Shown here: piece by piece, positions 38,690 to 55,008 of the stretch | How the letters are laid out: every line of letters starts with the position of its first letter | Position numbering within the stretch: position 1 is the stretch's first letter | Assembly: GCA_951406725.2 (NCBI GenBank) | Contig: OX597816.1 | Location: forward strand, 61,690,001-61,754,000 | Direction of reading: 5' to 3' | DNA from: Octopus vulgaris | Taxonomy: Eukaryota | Length of the DNA stretch: 64,000 nucleotides | Notes under the pieces: model-generated | Database searches by the model: none | What the model was told of the DNA's origin: nothing | What the model saw: only the letters and a program-made list of their open reading frames with translations | Made by a program: the position numbers and the translations under genes

Positions 38690-38947
38690 GACAACAACAA
38701 CACACTGGGCACCATATTGGTGTCTACCAGAGGCTAAGTTGGCATTTTTATGCCAAGGAAAAAATTGGGAGGATGGAATTTATTTGGTTTAATCCATCAC
38801 CACTTCTACGTGAGTGTTATATATTTCATCGAGACGGAAAGGATAAAAGTCAGTTTGAAGACATAGTGAATACCGGGAGGAGTTTCGTCCGACTGTCCTG
38901 TCTGAGCATGCTTTCAGTCGAATGCTGGGAACAGATGTGTGGGTGTG

Positions 38948-39101
38948 GGTGTGTGGTAAGAAGTTTACTTCTCAACCACATGGTTCCGAGTTCAGTCCCA
39001 CTGTGTGGCAACGTGGCAACTTGGGTGTCTTCTGCTATGTCCTCGGGCTGACCAAAGCCTTGAGAGTGGATTTGGCGGCTTGGAACTGAAAGAAGCCCGT
39101 C
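38948..39101 (+). mobile_element. SINE family B 5' half
   Basis: gtgtggtaagaag..gagttcagtccc..cttgggtgtcttc..gaaagaagcccgtc. Confidence 0.8.
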
Positions 39102-39485
39102 TTCTACGGTGAACTCAGCCAGGGCAAACGCAAAGTCGGAGGGCAGAAGAAGCGCTTCAAGGACAGTCTCAAAGTATCTCTCAAAGACTTCTCCATCGGC
39201 ACAGAGACTTGGGAGACACTTGCTGCCGACCGCTCATCCTGGCGTAGCGCAATCACCACAGGAACAAAGACAGCCGAGGAGAGACGGATTCAGTCAGCAG
39301 AACAGAAACGCCAGATGCGGAAAGCCAGAGCCACCTGCACCAATAGCACAGCCCCTACCCACTTCTGCCCCACCTGTGGGAGGGGCTTCCTTGCCCGGAT
39401 TGGCCTCACCACCCACTTCCGGTCTCATATCAGCAATTCCACCAAATGATGTCAATGGTCATCTTCGAACCCGAAGGACGAACAT
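39099..39485 (+). mobile_element. RTE (BovB-like) LINE 3' end with one C2H2 finger
   Basis: Open frame 39099-39449 (not in the ORF track): VFYGELSQGKRKVGGQKKRFKDSLK..WETLAADRSSWR..CPTCGRGFLARIGLTTHFRSH; 3' UTR ggtcatcttcgaacccgaaggacgaac. Confidence 0.92.
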
Positions 39486-39537
<52 letters not shown>

Positions 39538-39539
<2 letters not shown>

Positions 39540-39755
39540 TCATTTACTCTTTTACTTGTTTCAGTCATTTGACTGTGGCCATGCTGGAGAACCGCCTTTA
39601 GTCGAGCAAATCGACCCCAGTACTTATTCTTTGTAAGCCTAGTACTTATTCTATCGGTCTCTTTTGCCGAACCGCTAAGTTACGGTGACGTAAACACACA
39701 AGCATTGGTTGTCAGGTGATGTTGGTGGGACAAACATAGACACACAAACATATAT

Positions 39756-39796
<41 letters not shown>

Positions 39797-39959
39797 CATA
39801 GATACGACGGGCTTCTTTCAGTTTCCGTCTACCAAATCCACTCACAAGGCTTTGGTCGGCCCGAGGCTATAGTAGAAGACACCTGCCCAAAGTTTCACGC
39901 AGTGGGACTGAACCCAGAACCATGTGGTTGGTAAACAAGATACTTACCACACAGCCACT

Positions 39960-40025
<66 letters not shown>

Positions 40026-40250
40026 CTTTTATTTTTTTATTTGTTTCAGTAATTTGACTGCAGCCATGCTGGAGCACCGCCTTTATTCGAGCAAATCGAC
40101 ACCAGGACTTATTCTTTGCAAGCCTAGTACTTATTCTATCGGTCTCTCTTGCCGAACCGCTAAGTGACGGGGGCGTAAACACACCAGCATCGGTTGTCAA
40201 GCGATGTTGGGGTGACAAACACAGACACACAAACACATACACACACACAA

Positions 40251-40307
<57 letters not shown>

Positions 40308-40645
40308 TATATCGAAGGGCTTCTTTTAGTTTCTGCCTACCAAATCCACTCACAAGTCTTTGGTCGGCCCGAGGCTATAGTAGAAGACACCTGCCCAAAG
40401 TACCAGTGGGACTGAACCCGGAATCATGTGGTTGGTAAGCAATATATATATATATATTTGTGTGTGCGCGTATGTGTGTTTGTCTTGCACCAACACTTGA
40501 CAACCAATGGTGGCGTGTTTGCGTCCCCGAAACTTAGGGGTTCGGCAAAAGAAACCGATAAAATAAGTACTAGGCTTAAAAAAAAAGTACCGGGGTAGAT
40601 TCGTTTGACTAAAAGCTCTTCAAGGCTGAAACAAGTAAAAGATAA
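39538..40645 (-). mobile_element. cluster of SINE family B copies (39538-39962 -, 40025-40441 -, 40460-40645 +)
   Basis: Mutual alignment; tRNA-like head, ttgggca.gtgtcttc CORE-like block, internal (TA)/(TG) tract, tail tgactgaaacaagtaaaaga. Confidence 0.88.
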
Positions 40646-41196
40646 AACATATCCTCCTAATTCGTGGTCTTTTATTTTGTACTGTACACTAAAGGCGGCG
40701 AATTGGCCGAGTGTGTTCCGTATTGGACGCTAGGGAATTAGCAAGGTGTGTCCGTGTCTTGGTTGGCGCGCGGAGTAGGTAAAGCAATATATGTAATGTC
40801 TGGTAGTATTTGCTCTACTTCTCCGCTGAGTTTAAATCCCACCAAGATAAAACAGGTTTGCTTGTAATGCTTCTGAAGTTGATAAATAAAATATCCGTCA
40901 AGTGCTGGCGTCACTTTATTCACTCTCCTTCTCTCCTCGTCCATTTCTCTCTATCTTTTGAAACCCTCATAACTGATAACATAACTGATCTCAGCCGACA
41001 AATAGTGTCTTCGAAACAAAAACAAAAAAACGAACAAACAAAAAATAAAACAAAACAAAACAAAAAAACATTAAATTGAAAAGAAAGATAACGCCATCGA
41101 AGGAAGGTATTCTCTCACGGTAATTTCATGACAAACACAGTGATTGTCTTTAAAGTCACAAGGGTTGTTCGTTGACCAGATAACGTAATGAATGAA

Positions 41197-41258
<62 letters not shown>

Positions 41259-41295
41259 TATGATGATAATGATAATAATAATAATAATGATGATA

Positions 41296-41327
<32 letters not shown>

Positions 41328-41343
41328 GATAATGATGATGATG

Positions 41344-41383
<40 letters not shown>

Positions 41384-41394
41384 TGATGATGATG

Positions 41395-41427
<33 letters not shown>

Positions 41428-41582
41428 TGATGATAATGATAATAATAATAATAATGATGATAATAATAATGATAATGATGATAATGATAATAATAATAAT
41501 GATGATGATGATAATAATAATAATAATAATAATAATGATGATGATGATGATAATAATAATGATAATAATAATAATAATAATT

Positions 41583-41629
<47 letters not shown>

Positions 41630-42479
41630 AAAACAAAAATGCAAAGGAAAACACATGAAGATTTCAAATAAATTGGAAGCAGGTTTTTTTTTACTCCAAT
41701 AACGTAATCTAGTGTTTGGTAACACCAACAGAACGAATCAAATAATTCTAAATCATCTGATATTGTTCTTTTCTAAATAATCAGAAATGTATTTTTTCTG
41801 TTCTCTTTACACATTGCGCTAATGGGAATAAACGGAACAACATGACAAGTTTGGTGAGGTGGATGTATGTCATAACTCAATTTTAGCTGATAAAACTTTG
41901 ATTTTTATGCTTTAGAATTGTAATAAATCATTAGACAGTCACAAAATCGTTTGCAGCTAATTAATAATCATTCATTTTATTTTAGGCATATATAGTCTGA
42001 TATCAATAGATCGCTTCTGTTTTTGATGTTATTGCTGTTGTTTAGCCTTAAATCAACTCAGATCGAATAAATATTTGATCAAAAGCATTCCAGCCATGAC
42101 CTCCCCGTCTTTCTGTTTATCTAAGGCTGGGTCGTTCAATGCATACTTCATCCTCTTTTTGAGTCGGCGAATTGGGTGGGTTGTTAGAACGTCGTACAGA
42201 ATATTTTGTATTATTTGTTTCAACTGTCTGTGCACTGAGCTCAAATCCTGTCTAGGCCAACTCTGGCATTTATTTATTTTTTTCCCGAAGTAGATAAAGA
42301 AAGTATCAAGCCAGGCAGTAAATTAGCAGAATTGGTAGAGCGTCGGACGAAATGCTTTGTGACATCTCTTCCGATACTTTGCGTTCTAGATTAAATCTCA
42401 TATTAGGTGCCAATGGCCACAGCTAATCACCAGATTGTCCAATTCACAAGCAGCATGGGCATATAGTCCGGCCGACAAC

Positions 42480-43460
42480 TTATATAGACAGACCTATAAT
42501 AACATTAAGAATCTGGAATGTTAAGTCTGTTAATGGATGATGCGAGACAACGCCATAACATGTAATGCGTTCAGATTGATTAAAATTGGCAATTGATTTG
42601 GTTCCACTTGATTGGTTTATGAAATGACAATGACAAAAAGAAAACAAAATGAATAAAGGGGGTAAGATTTGACTGCTACTTCCAGTAGGCGAGGCTGCCA
42701 TGTAGACGCCTCCTTACTGGCTCGTCAGTACAATGTTAGAACGCTGAGCTGAAAGATGACACCTTATTGAATAGCGATTAGTCATTCTGACTATCACATA
42801 ACATTTGGATTTTTGCGTTATACACTAGGATGATCTAACAATTACAAATAATTTAATTTTTGTACGTGTGAATACATAAGTCTTGAAAGTCGCTTGATCT
42901 GCTTCATATTAACAAAATGTTAATAAATGATGCAAGAGAACGCCTTAGCATGTAATATGCTCAGATGGATGAAAGAAGGCTTTGATTCGGTTCCAATTGA
43001 CTTGTTCATCAAAATACTGTAATTTCACAAAATTGAGAGCATCACGATGAGAGCGTCACCAAAATACTTGCATGGAATTTCTTAGGAGATAGTGCTGCTG
43101 GTTTTCCCTGTGCCCTATAATTATTGCTCATGAGTTAACCAATAAAAGAAATCCAATTTAATGAATGGAATTAGAAAGATCCAAGCTCATCTACTACCGT
43201 CTTCTCACGGACGGCCTAAGCATATTTGCTGTAAATGGTTCTGCGATTCAAAAGAGTCTCATTATTATCAATCAGTTTTGAAAAAAAACATTAAATATGT
43301 CGTTAATGTATTATTCATTCGGTACATCACTTCGTTTTCAGTTTGATTCCTTTCTTCTATCAGGGCATCGTAATTGCTTTCCCCTTTCTATTTTGAAACG
43401 AATGTAACTAATTAATGTTCAAAGTTCGAAAGATCTAGATTAGCAAGAAGCCGCCAATTC
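42480..43460 (+). pseudogene. ancient non-LTR RT remnant, partly duplicated (~390-bp period)
   Basis: DARQRH/DARERL followed by AIDLVP/GFDSVP resemble the D..KAFDSV RT motif of REL-type LINEs. Confidence 0.35.
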
Positions 43461-44404
43461 CCACACTAGCTAATTTACCATAGCTACCAGTCATAGAAAA
43501 TCTATCTACACTTTGTTGCGAAAGGAAGTCAGGGAAGCTATCTTTTCTTCATACCATAACTGATATTCAGTTTAATTCAACAAGTTAGCAATCTATGGAC
43601 ACTGACTGAGTGCATGGAAAACTGTTCTGTTGTTCTTTCCCTCCTAGAAGAGATCGGACAGACGGTACTGTTGAAATTATAGAGTTTATCTCGAATCCGC
43701 AATGCCTTTCAGTAGCACTATTACGGTGAAAGATTTCAGGAAATTAACCATAAGCACCTGATAAAAACCCTAGAAAAAGATCGTTCCATACATTCTCCTC
43801 TCGTCGGTACCCAGAATACCTTCATCCAAACGTCATTACGGATATACTGGAATAACCTATAAAATACAGAGGCTTACCTTCAACTGACTACATTTGCCAA
43901 AAATTCTTTGAAATTTAGGCACGACTCCAGCATTTGACTAATATTTTATTTTACAACCCAGGAAGGATGAAAGGCAAATTTGACTTCGCAGGATTTAAAA
44001 TTAGAAAGTAAGAAATCCGAAGAATTATCGCAAGGCCGCTTCTATCAAACATCTACCATAGCTCCATGCTTTACACAGATTTTCCACATTTTGTGTTGAA
44101 ACCGAGTGCATTTAAAGGTGCACGTAAGAGTTTTCTGAGTTTGCCATGGTGAAAGTACCCAAACCATCGCCTTCAGGATGTCGGCTGTTTTAGGGAATCG
44201 GTGTTTTTGTTTTTGGTGCCGTCACCACTATGGCGAATATCTCCTACCGTTCACCCAGTGCAAGAAGCTACTGGAAATATGGCAATGTGAAAGGAAAGAA
44301 ATTAGCTAATTCAGAATTGCCTTTTATTCTCATTCAGGGAAAAAAATTTTAAGCACTTTCTACCCTTCACTGGAATAAGGGCAAATGAAAAACACCACAG
44401 CCAC

Positions 44405-44436
<32 letters not shown>

Positions 44437-44446
44437 CGACGACGAC

Positions 44447-44479
<33 letters not shown>

Positions 44480-44502
44480 AATAAAAACAACAAAAACAAT
44501 AA

Positions 44503-44785
44503 CAGCACCTGCTTACTGATAGACATTGCAGTCTCTTCCGACCAAAATATTGCCCTAAAAGAAGTGGAGAAATTATGTAAGTACAAAGACCTCGAAATTG
44601 AAGAATTCAAGATGTGATGCATGAAGGTGAAAACAATACCAGTAATAACTGTAGCAGTGGGTATGATAAAAAATACATATGAACGAAAACGTAGAAGATA
44701 TACCTGAGCATGAACACTACACATAATCCCCCAATCGCCTGCTAGGAATTTCCACATCCTTCGCAAGACACTATTGATTCAATAA
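44503..44785 (+). mobile_element. Dong/R4-type REL endonuclease fragment
   Basis: CLLIDIAVSSDQNIALKEVEKLCKYKDLEIE..TIPVITVAVGMI..HILRKTL. Confidence 0.8.
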
Positions 44786-45240
44786 TACAACCCAAACAAA
44801 ACAATCCAGAAACACAAGACGCATTCTATACAGTAAATATCCAATAAAATATTCAGCCACCACAGGTACTCTACAGGACGGAAACCCAACAGAAGAACAC
44901 AATTCCGCGCCTGTGCCTGATCAAATTCTCCTGAATTTTTATTTTGTCCACCATACCGTATAATACAGATTCTACTAGCAAAGAGATGTCCGCTTCAAGT
45001 GTTACCTCCGTTATCTTTATTTTGACAACTCTCTGACAGAGGTATGTCATAATTAGCCATAAATCCTCACCTTTGAGGGTGGTTGTGGAAAATGTTTTTT
45101 GCTAATTCATTAGTTGGGAATCTTACCTAAACTGTGCCAAAGCGTCTCCCACGGGCAACATAAGATTTCAAAACCTAGACCAGTTTAAGTCATTTTCCGA
45201 TTTGAGCCTATGTTGCTCGCTTCAGTTTTTAAGTCTTTAA

Positions 45241-45461
45241 CCCTTTAGTGTTAGCATTATTCTGCCAAAATTAATCCTTTTTTATCCACATTGCCTTGAA
45301 CTAATCAGGCATTATATTGGTGCTATGAGATTTTGATGAGGTAGCTGTTAATTTTTAAAACAATATTGTAGGGCTGGTGTGAGAGACCAGATCTGGCCAG
45401 TCTGAACATAAAACAGGTAGAATACTTTTGGCCGGATATGGCCGGTTTAAATGCTAAAGGG
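45241..45461. mobile_element. piggyBac-type MITE
   Basis: TTAA at 45237-45240 and 45462-45465; TIR ccctttagtgtt / aatgctaaaggg. Confidence 0.8.
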
Positions 45462-45881
45462 TTAATGATATACAGTTATATATAATGCTTTTTTTCTTAG
45501 CGTCTTCTTGCACTTCCTCCGATTTGTCAATGTATACTGTTCTGTCATTCTTTGGTTAAGTGCATCTTAGCGTCGCTCAATATATTTTCTGTCAATTTGA
45601 TTTTCACCTTGTTCGTACAGGCTTGTGCCAAACATTTCCATTCAGCTTAGAGAAAAGAACTGCCGCTGTTATCACGTTATTGTTTGTGTGGTAGTGGTGG
45701 TGTTGGTGTTGGTGTTAGGTACGGTGGTGGAGGTCGTGCTTGCGTCGTCTTTCTCGTCGCTGCTACTTCTGTTGTTGTTGTTGTTGTTGTTGTTGTTGCT
45801 GCTGCTGCTGTTGTCTTTGCTTCGTTTATCGACCACATCATCTAGTGGTGGGGAAAGAATGCCATAGCAGCTATTCCATAA

Positions 45882-45919
<38 letters not shown>

Positions 45920-45920
45920 A

Positions 45921-45979
<59 letters not shown>

Positions 45980-48508
45980 TGATGATGATGATGATGATGA
46001 TAATTTGCTTTATTGTTAAAGGAACGGGAGATGATGGAGGTTATAAAAGAGATTACAAAATCGCGAGTGTTTAGATCATATGTAGGAAATAGGATTGGAA
46101 AAAAAAATGTGATTTCTTAACTGAACATGAAGTCATAAGACTACAAGCAAAGAAATCATGAGGGATTTTTCTTTCAATAATAAAAATGTGGAATAAATTG
46201 ACTCGCTTCAGCTTTAGTGTAATGTTCTTTTTCTGTAAGCATGTCTGATGACTTACGAACTAAACAATGCTGACATAAAATGCTAAAATTTTCCTCAGTA
46301 ATAAAACACTCGCCGGTATTTATTATAACCGACACATCTGATAAACATTCGATAGTATTTTATCATAAACAAGTGAAAGATATCATAAAACTCGAATATA
46401 ATAAAGAGTAATTTCGACATGTTATTTAATACTACGTTGCGGATATTAAAATATGATTCCCTGTATCAGGCATTATCGCCTGAATCTGGTCAAAAAGATT
46501 ATAAAATAGAGCTTGTAAAACAAACAAACACACAATGAAGTTGTTTTTTTTTTTTTAAGATAAGCAGCAACATCATCAGCAACAGAGAAACAGTCAAAAC
46601 GTTATGTTCGTATTAATTAACAGGAAAACGGCTTTTCACGGCTTTACATCAACTAAGTCTGCAATAAATTGATACGGTAATAAAATAGTTTGAAGAACCA
46701 TAAAACATTTTAATTCAAAATATTTTAATGATTTGACTTCGAACTATATATGGCGAGATAGTTGCCGTTGTGAGGCTTATATTGGTATAACACTTGCTGT
46801 CGGCGTTGTAGCAATGGTAGTGGTAATGTTGTTTAATGAACCTATAGTGAAGTTAGTGGTTATAATAGTGGTAGCAGGTATTGCCTGTTATCTTGTTTGA
46901 TGCTGATGTTGATGCCTATTAAAATAATTAAAGGCATTTCAGCCATTACTTCCCCCCCGCTTATTTTCAGACATTGCATTCTGGACTACATTGTCTAATG
47001 TGTCTTTCCTGTGTTTTCTTTTTAAGACGGTAGATTGTGGTTAAAAGGATGTTCAGTTGTTGTTTGTAGTTCTTCCTTGATATGACATGATTCGTGTTGG
47101 CAGTCGTGGGGTAAATAACGCCACGGGTGTTAATGGAAAGTTGTGCTGTTAATATGCTAAATGGGTGTCGGCGCGATCAATACAGCCATATTGTTTGAGG
47201 GGTAGTCGTGAAGGTGCTAATAATTTTGATGATTAGTGGTGATGGTAGCCGTTTTGATATTGGCCATATATATATCTATGGTGTTCACACACGTCATAAA
47301 GCTGCTACCACTGCTGCTTATGTTGCTGCTACTGTTTTGCTGCCAGTTGCAGTCATATTCTTTAAATATGGTAATATTTCTATATCTCTGTTTGTATTGT
47401 CTTTTGTATATAATTCTTTGAGATTTTAATGCGATTATGTAAAGATTTATTGTTTTATGTGTGCATTCTTAAAAATTAAAATTACCAAAAAAGATAAACA
47501 AAAAGAAAAGCACATATTTGAACTATGGCGGTAATATTCTTTTCTATTAGCGCAAAATTTATTGAGAAACACGTCGAGAGTGATATAAATTATTTCTTGT
47601 GGAATAATGTGTCGGTAGCGGATTATATTTTTTTCTTTTTCACCTCAACAGCTCGTAGCTTTGTAATCAATGTTCCTATCATCGGTTTATTTCTTTATAC
47701 TTGAATGTACAACTGGGCGTAAAAATATTTCAACAATGTATAAATTGGTTTAATGATAATTATCAAACCGATCGATAGGGAATATATATAGATTAGAAAT
47801 AATGACCTCATGTGGGACTATCGGCTTCCACATCTACGTTGACATTCGTTTTGCTAGAAGTAGTAGTCAACTCTCCCACAAACCTCACCGAACTGTCTTC
47901 AAAAGGGAAGGAGACATCGGAAAATGTCTGCAAATACACTATTCAAGTAAAAAAAATAAAGGGTATGATTTTTAAAGTTGGACGCTTTTTTGGTCATAGA
48001 TTTCCTTAATGAGTCCATACCTGAAGCAAAACAACAAAGGCAAAAACTACAAGACCTATGCTTTTTACGTTCAAAGTCTTATATAGTAAGTAGTAGCAAT
48101 AACTAAAAGTAGTGAGCAGTTATCGCTGGAATTCAAAGAAATAGGATATTTCTAAAGTCGACTTCGGTGAGAGCACTAGGAAACAATCAGTTTGTTATAA
48201 AATGAAGCACATACATGACTGTATAAAATTCATTTTTAGATATAAATAAATTGAAAAGGCAGCTTGTAACAGAATGCAATGAGGTGTACAAACATCTGTT
48301 TAGTCACGATGACAAAACAGAAGCGTTAAAATATAAAAAGAGTACTGTTATTCGAGTTCGGCTGTTAGGTTACTACCATTGTAATCATTCTTGATGTTTA
48401 GCCCCCAGGTCAGCGCTGATTCAGCAGACCTACAGCTTAAAGAATTCTTGCCTGTGATTAACCAGTTTTTCGTTTTGGCACTCCAAAAGTTACACAACAT
48501 TATATCGG

Positions 48509-48550
<42 letters not shown>

Positions 48551-48561
48551 TTGTGTGTGTG

Positions 48562-48609
<48 letters not shown>

Positions 48610-48641
48610 CGCAGTTATTTTATTCCATACGGATAGAAATA

Positions 48642-50195
<1,554 letters not shown>

Positions 50196-52259
50196 CAACC
50201 GCTCACACCCACACCACCCCACACACAAACACTTATATCTTTTTCAAGGTAGAGGGAGTATTATCAGAGGAAGTTTTGGATGTAATTTCCAGAAGATCCA
50301 TCCATCTCATAGTTACTTCTTGGACCCGGTTAAGGCTATCGTTTTAAACAATGAGTTTTCTGTAACATGCAATTAGACAAATTTGACACCACAATTGCGA
50401 TCAGAAGGATACTAAAAACACTTTTGAAAATCTGCCCAACATAAATGTAGTTGATTTTCTCTTCAGGTTTCATATCTCCCAGACTTTTGCTGCATCTGTG
50501 TAGTCCCAGACGAATTACAAATTGATTACAAATTGAGCAAATTTGTAATTAAAGCCGTTTAAGTCGTTATTATCGCATTCCATCTTTTATTCAGACATAA
50601 AGTATTTAAGACTGCAATCTTGCTATATCTTTTTGAAACGATCTGCTGCGATTTGAGAGAAATTTGGCTACTGTTTAGAGATTGAGTAGAGGTTCCTAAC
50701 CGAAAGGTTATTGCATGCAATGTACTGCTGCAGAGTGAATTCTACGATGAGATATAGGACATAGGAAGAATTAAAAACAAAGGTAGATTTTTGAACAAAC
50801 AAAATGATCTAATATGATTTGGAACATCTACTTGTTCACTATTTGCAAATTTAATATAAATATAAATATGAATTTAATATACTGATTAAGATGTTGATGT
50901 AATTTAAACTTTATATGAAATATTGAGATGTAATTTAGTAGGTGTGATTTATGAAACATCTTTATTTTTTATATGTTCCTTCTCATATGAAATATAATTT
51001 GTTATCTCTGAAAATGAAGACATTCAGAGTTAACTAAAAAGCAATGTTATTTAATTACAATTTATAATAAGTTTAGATATACTACAAGATAGATAACAAT
51101 AAACAAAGCTGTTGACACAAACAGCGTCGAAAATACGTGACTCTTTTCTTAAAAATCGTGCAATGTATAAGAACCGAAAAACATTTTTCTCAAACTTTGT
51201 TGTTATAAAACAAGCTGCTGTAGCAGCAGCAGTATTTGTTGTATATCTCCATTTTCATACAAGAACTGACTGGTTGTGTTTGCACTTTTAAAATTTCTCT
51301 CTGTAAGTGAACCTTCCTTCATACCTGTTCATCCCACTTCTCCATACATTTTAATTGACATATTTCTCATATGTTTTAATCATCTTCCACAGCTGTTCAT
51401 TACATGTACTTCAGAGGTCATACAATGTCTTAATCTGTCTTACGAATTGACATTACACATCCAATTAAATATACTCAACTTAGAGCATTATAGCTGCTGT
51501 GAATATTGTTTGTAAACTATTACATTTCACTATATCATCCTCTCACTTGGCATTTCAAGGAATCCAAATGTGTGAACATTCCTCATCTAGAGAGTGAGTG
51601 TGTCTGAGTTTGTTAATCACTTCGAAAGATTGCTGCCGGATTGCAATTATATTTATTCATATATTTATTCTCATGAAATTCGATCGGCAACACGCTTCAG
51701 CTTCTGATTCACAGGCGTTTTGTAGCCTCACACTTCCTGGGTGGTCGAGTGTTACTTTTACACTTGCTTTCCAGAATTACTCACCTCTTACGTCCATCTC
51801 AAACCTTGCACTAAACAATTCGTCTAGATGGTCATCCACTCTAGAATGCCAACCCACTGGAATTTCCTCTTCACCTGTTATTTCTGCTGCAAACGATGTA
51901 TAACTATTCACGAAAAACGTCGACCGCGTCAATCTCACTAGTCTTTAAGGGTCTGTAAATGTGATGAGTGCAGCTTCTTACTGAGTACCTTACCAAGGTA
52001 CTAAAGTAAAAAAAAGGAAACAAACAACGTCAGTAATTTATTAATTACATTGATTCCAAATTAATAATCTCTCCATCGAACAAGTAATGTTTTAACAATA
52101 AAACATCCTTTATAATTACTTTAAATAAAAGTTTTGTAAATATTTGTTATGCAATTCACAGAAGGATGGAATAGAAACACGATATGTTTATTGGTAAAAT
52201 ATGCACGAAATGGCTATGCACATAGTCTTTGCAAGCTTCCTTGTAGTGAGTTAGTGTAT

Positions 52260-53280
52260 AGTGGGAGATTAAATATTTCCTGACGGTAGGTGTTTTAAGT
52301 TGAGAACATATGTTTGTCAGGAGAAATCTGTAACGGCCTTGAAGCCTAAGTTTTCCAACAATCTTGAAGTTTATAGATGTGTGTATTCATGTTTAGTGAG
52401 AATGTCATGTTTTCTTGTTACGTGCTATCTCTGTGTCTTTTTGTAGTTGAAGGGGATAAGATTATTATCATCCCATTGGAGGACGCTTCTGAAGTTTCTG
52501 CTCATGGAATCGTTGCAGATATTGGATGAGGTATTTAAGTTGCATGTGGCTATCGTTTTGGTACTGAAAGTTTGGGGGAGAATGAAAGGTGTCATCGTAT
52601 CTGTTCGAAGAGATGTCGATAGGTTCCTGACTTTAGGTAAAAGAAAATGGATGAGGATAAATTTATCATGATTTTATTCAGCATATTCCCCTCTCAGGTT
52701 CACACGCTTATTGCAGTGGTCCTCCAGTCTTTCTAAGCCTGTGAAAGAACTTGGAAGGTTTGGCCTCCAGACAAGCCCTTCGCGATACCTTTAAAACCAG
52801 GAACTTTTCATCACCTCCTTGCAGGAATGGGTGTTGTTAGAGCACATAGGTAGTTGATGCATAAATGCAAGAATAGAGTAGACAAAACTGAATCCTTAGC
52901 CACATCAGGGTGTTAGAATGTGGATCCAAAGAGGTTTACCGGCATAGGTTGCAATGGTGGGATCTGACAGAAAGCGTCCCATCCAGATGAAAGCACAAGA
53001 TATTTTCATGCTAGAAACGATCGAAAACCTTATATCAAAAGCAGTACCAGGGTGTTCACTAAATTTTCGCGAGTTTAGAGCCCACTGGGAAGTGATATAA
53101 AAAACCAAATCTCCTGTAGTGCTGGTTTTTTTTGGAAATGTGATCGTTATGGAGAGAAAAATTTTCAAGGTGGTGGAGAATAATGTCTCCCTCACCTTTG
53201 AGTTGTACGAAGTAAATGGTATTGGATGATATCCGGTAGGGTCAGAACAATTTCCCTCTTAAGAATGGGGCTTACTATAA
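52260..53280 (-). pseudogene. ancient CR1/Jockey-like LINE remnant
   Basis: SVLQWDDNNLIPFNYKKTQ resembles the RT C-terminal W..N...FN..KTQ motif; otherwise decayed. Confidence 0.4.
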
Positions 53281-53294
53281 TGTGTAAAATGATC

Positions 53295-53397
<103 letters not shown>

Positions 53398-54964
53398 GGA
53401 AGAGAGTACAAAAGAGGAGGAGAAAGAGGGAAAAGAGTTTGGTGAGTGTAGAGACTAAGTACGAGGCGTGTTGTTTGAAGTTAATGGAAAGAAATAATGT
53501 TGGACTTGCGACTTGGTGGCATTATTGGCGTAAAATGACCAGAGGTTCCGTTACATTTGGCGAGTATGTATGCACAATAGTCTGGTGTGGTGGAAAGAGA
53601 TAGTTTTAGAGAAATGTTTTCGAATATGTGCAGTGTTGAGTTGGATTCAAGGTGTTCGGTAAATGTGTAGGTTTACAGATGTGTCGGGCCGAATATTGAA
53701 GTAAAGAAGATTCTACTTGAATCATGGGACTAGGTAGAATCATGAGTTTTGTAGAGTTGGGACATTTCCTTGAAGCGTTATTATCTACGGTGTTTGTCTG
53801 AACTATTGAGATACAACTCTTGGAGTCTTTTAGGTGGCAATATTTCGGTTATAGTTAACTTGGAAACAACGCAAAAGAAAAGATACCCCAAAAGCGTTAA
53901 GTTTTCCGCAGCATACTTTTAGATGATCTATATAAGAAATTGAATTAAGTTTTCTTTTCAGTTTAATGACATGGAACTCTATTCTTATGCCATGAAATTT
54001 GTCTTTCTGATGAGTTAAAATCATTGAAAATTAAATAACAAACTATAGATTAGCGGTAATTTATTGTACCGAAAAATTCACTGTTAATAGTATATAGTAT
54101 AGAATTGCAAGTCTTTTTATTATTTCAAACCAGCTCCATCAGTACTCTCACACGATTAGAATACTATAGATTGAAAATAAAATCTTATCAAGTACAGCAA
54201 ATTTACAATTTTACAAAGCTTTTTCTTTTTTAGTGAATCTCTGGATCTGATATTGCCCCAATCACTGTGAACTTAATTTTACAGTTAGAAAGAGCTTTTA
54301 TATACAATATATATACATTAATTTGTCTACATCAATGATGTAAATTTCCAAACATTTTTCTTTTAAATTGACAAAGGTATAAGTAGTGAATGTCAGTCGT
54401 TTATATTTGGTCAGGTAATTCTATTGTAAATCCATTAGGAATATGATATCTAATCTTGGTACATAACCAGACCATGGTTTACTAAAATCTATATTGCATT
54501 AACGCTAACACGGCTTTTACTTACGCTGTGATGAAACTGTATTTGTTTCAACTCAAACGCATTAGTTTTACATTTAAAACCTTTTACCATAAGGAATAGA
54601 CAACTATCTTTGAAATGGTAGTCAAATAAAAATCTCACAAGTTAATATCTTCATTTACCGATTTACGATTTCGGCATATCTATACAACTACATCTGACTA
54701 TGCCCGAAGCTATGTTTGATTAGGAGAGATTCAATCAAACCTATGACAGAATATTACTTGTACTTGTTTTATCGGCTTAATAAAGGTGGAAAGCCAAATC
54801 GATCAGTTCATACTCTGGTTTGATTCAAAATGTAAAGGAATGTAACTATATACTGTAAATAATTTAGTTCTAAATCAGTCTTCTGCCATCCGTCAATACT
54901 CTCACGTAGGCATATCACGTAGACACACTAATGTACTTGAACATCGCCGTGCTTTCTTTTTATT

Positions 54965-55008
<44 letters not shown>

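Noticed and set aside
39109-39636. 175-aa ORF in the ORF track
   Set aside because: Shifted reading of the RTE 3' end; the true frame is 39099-39449.
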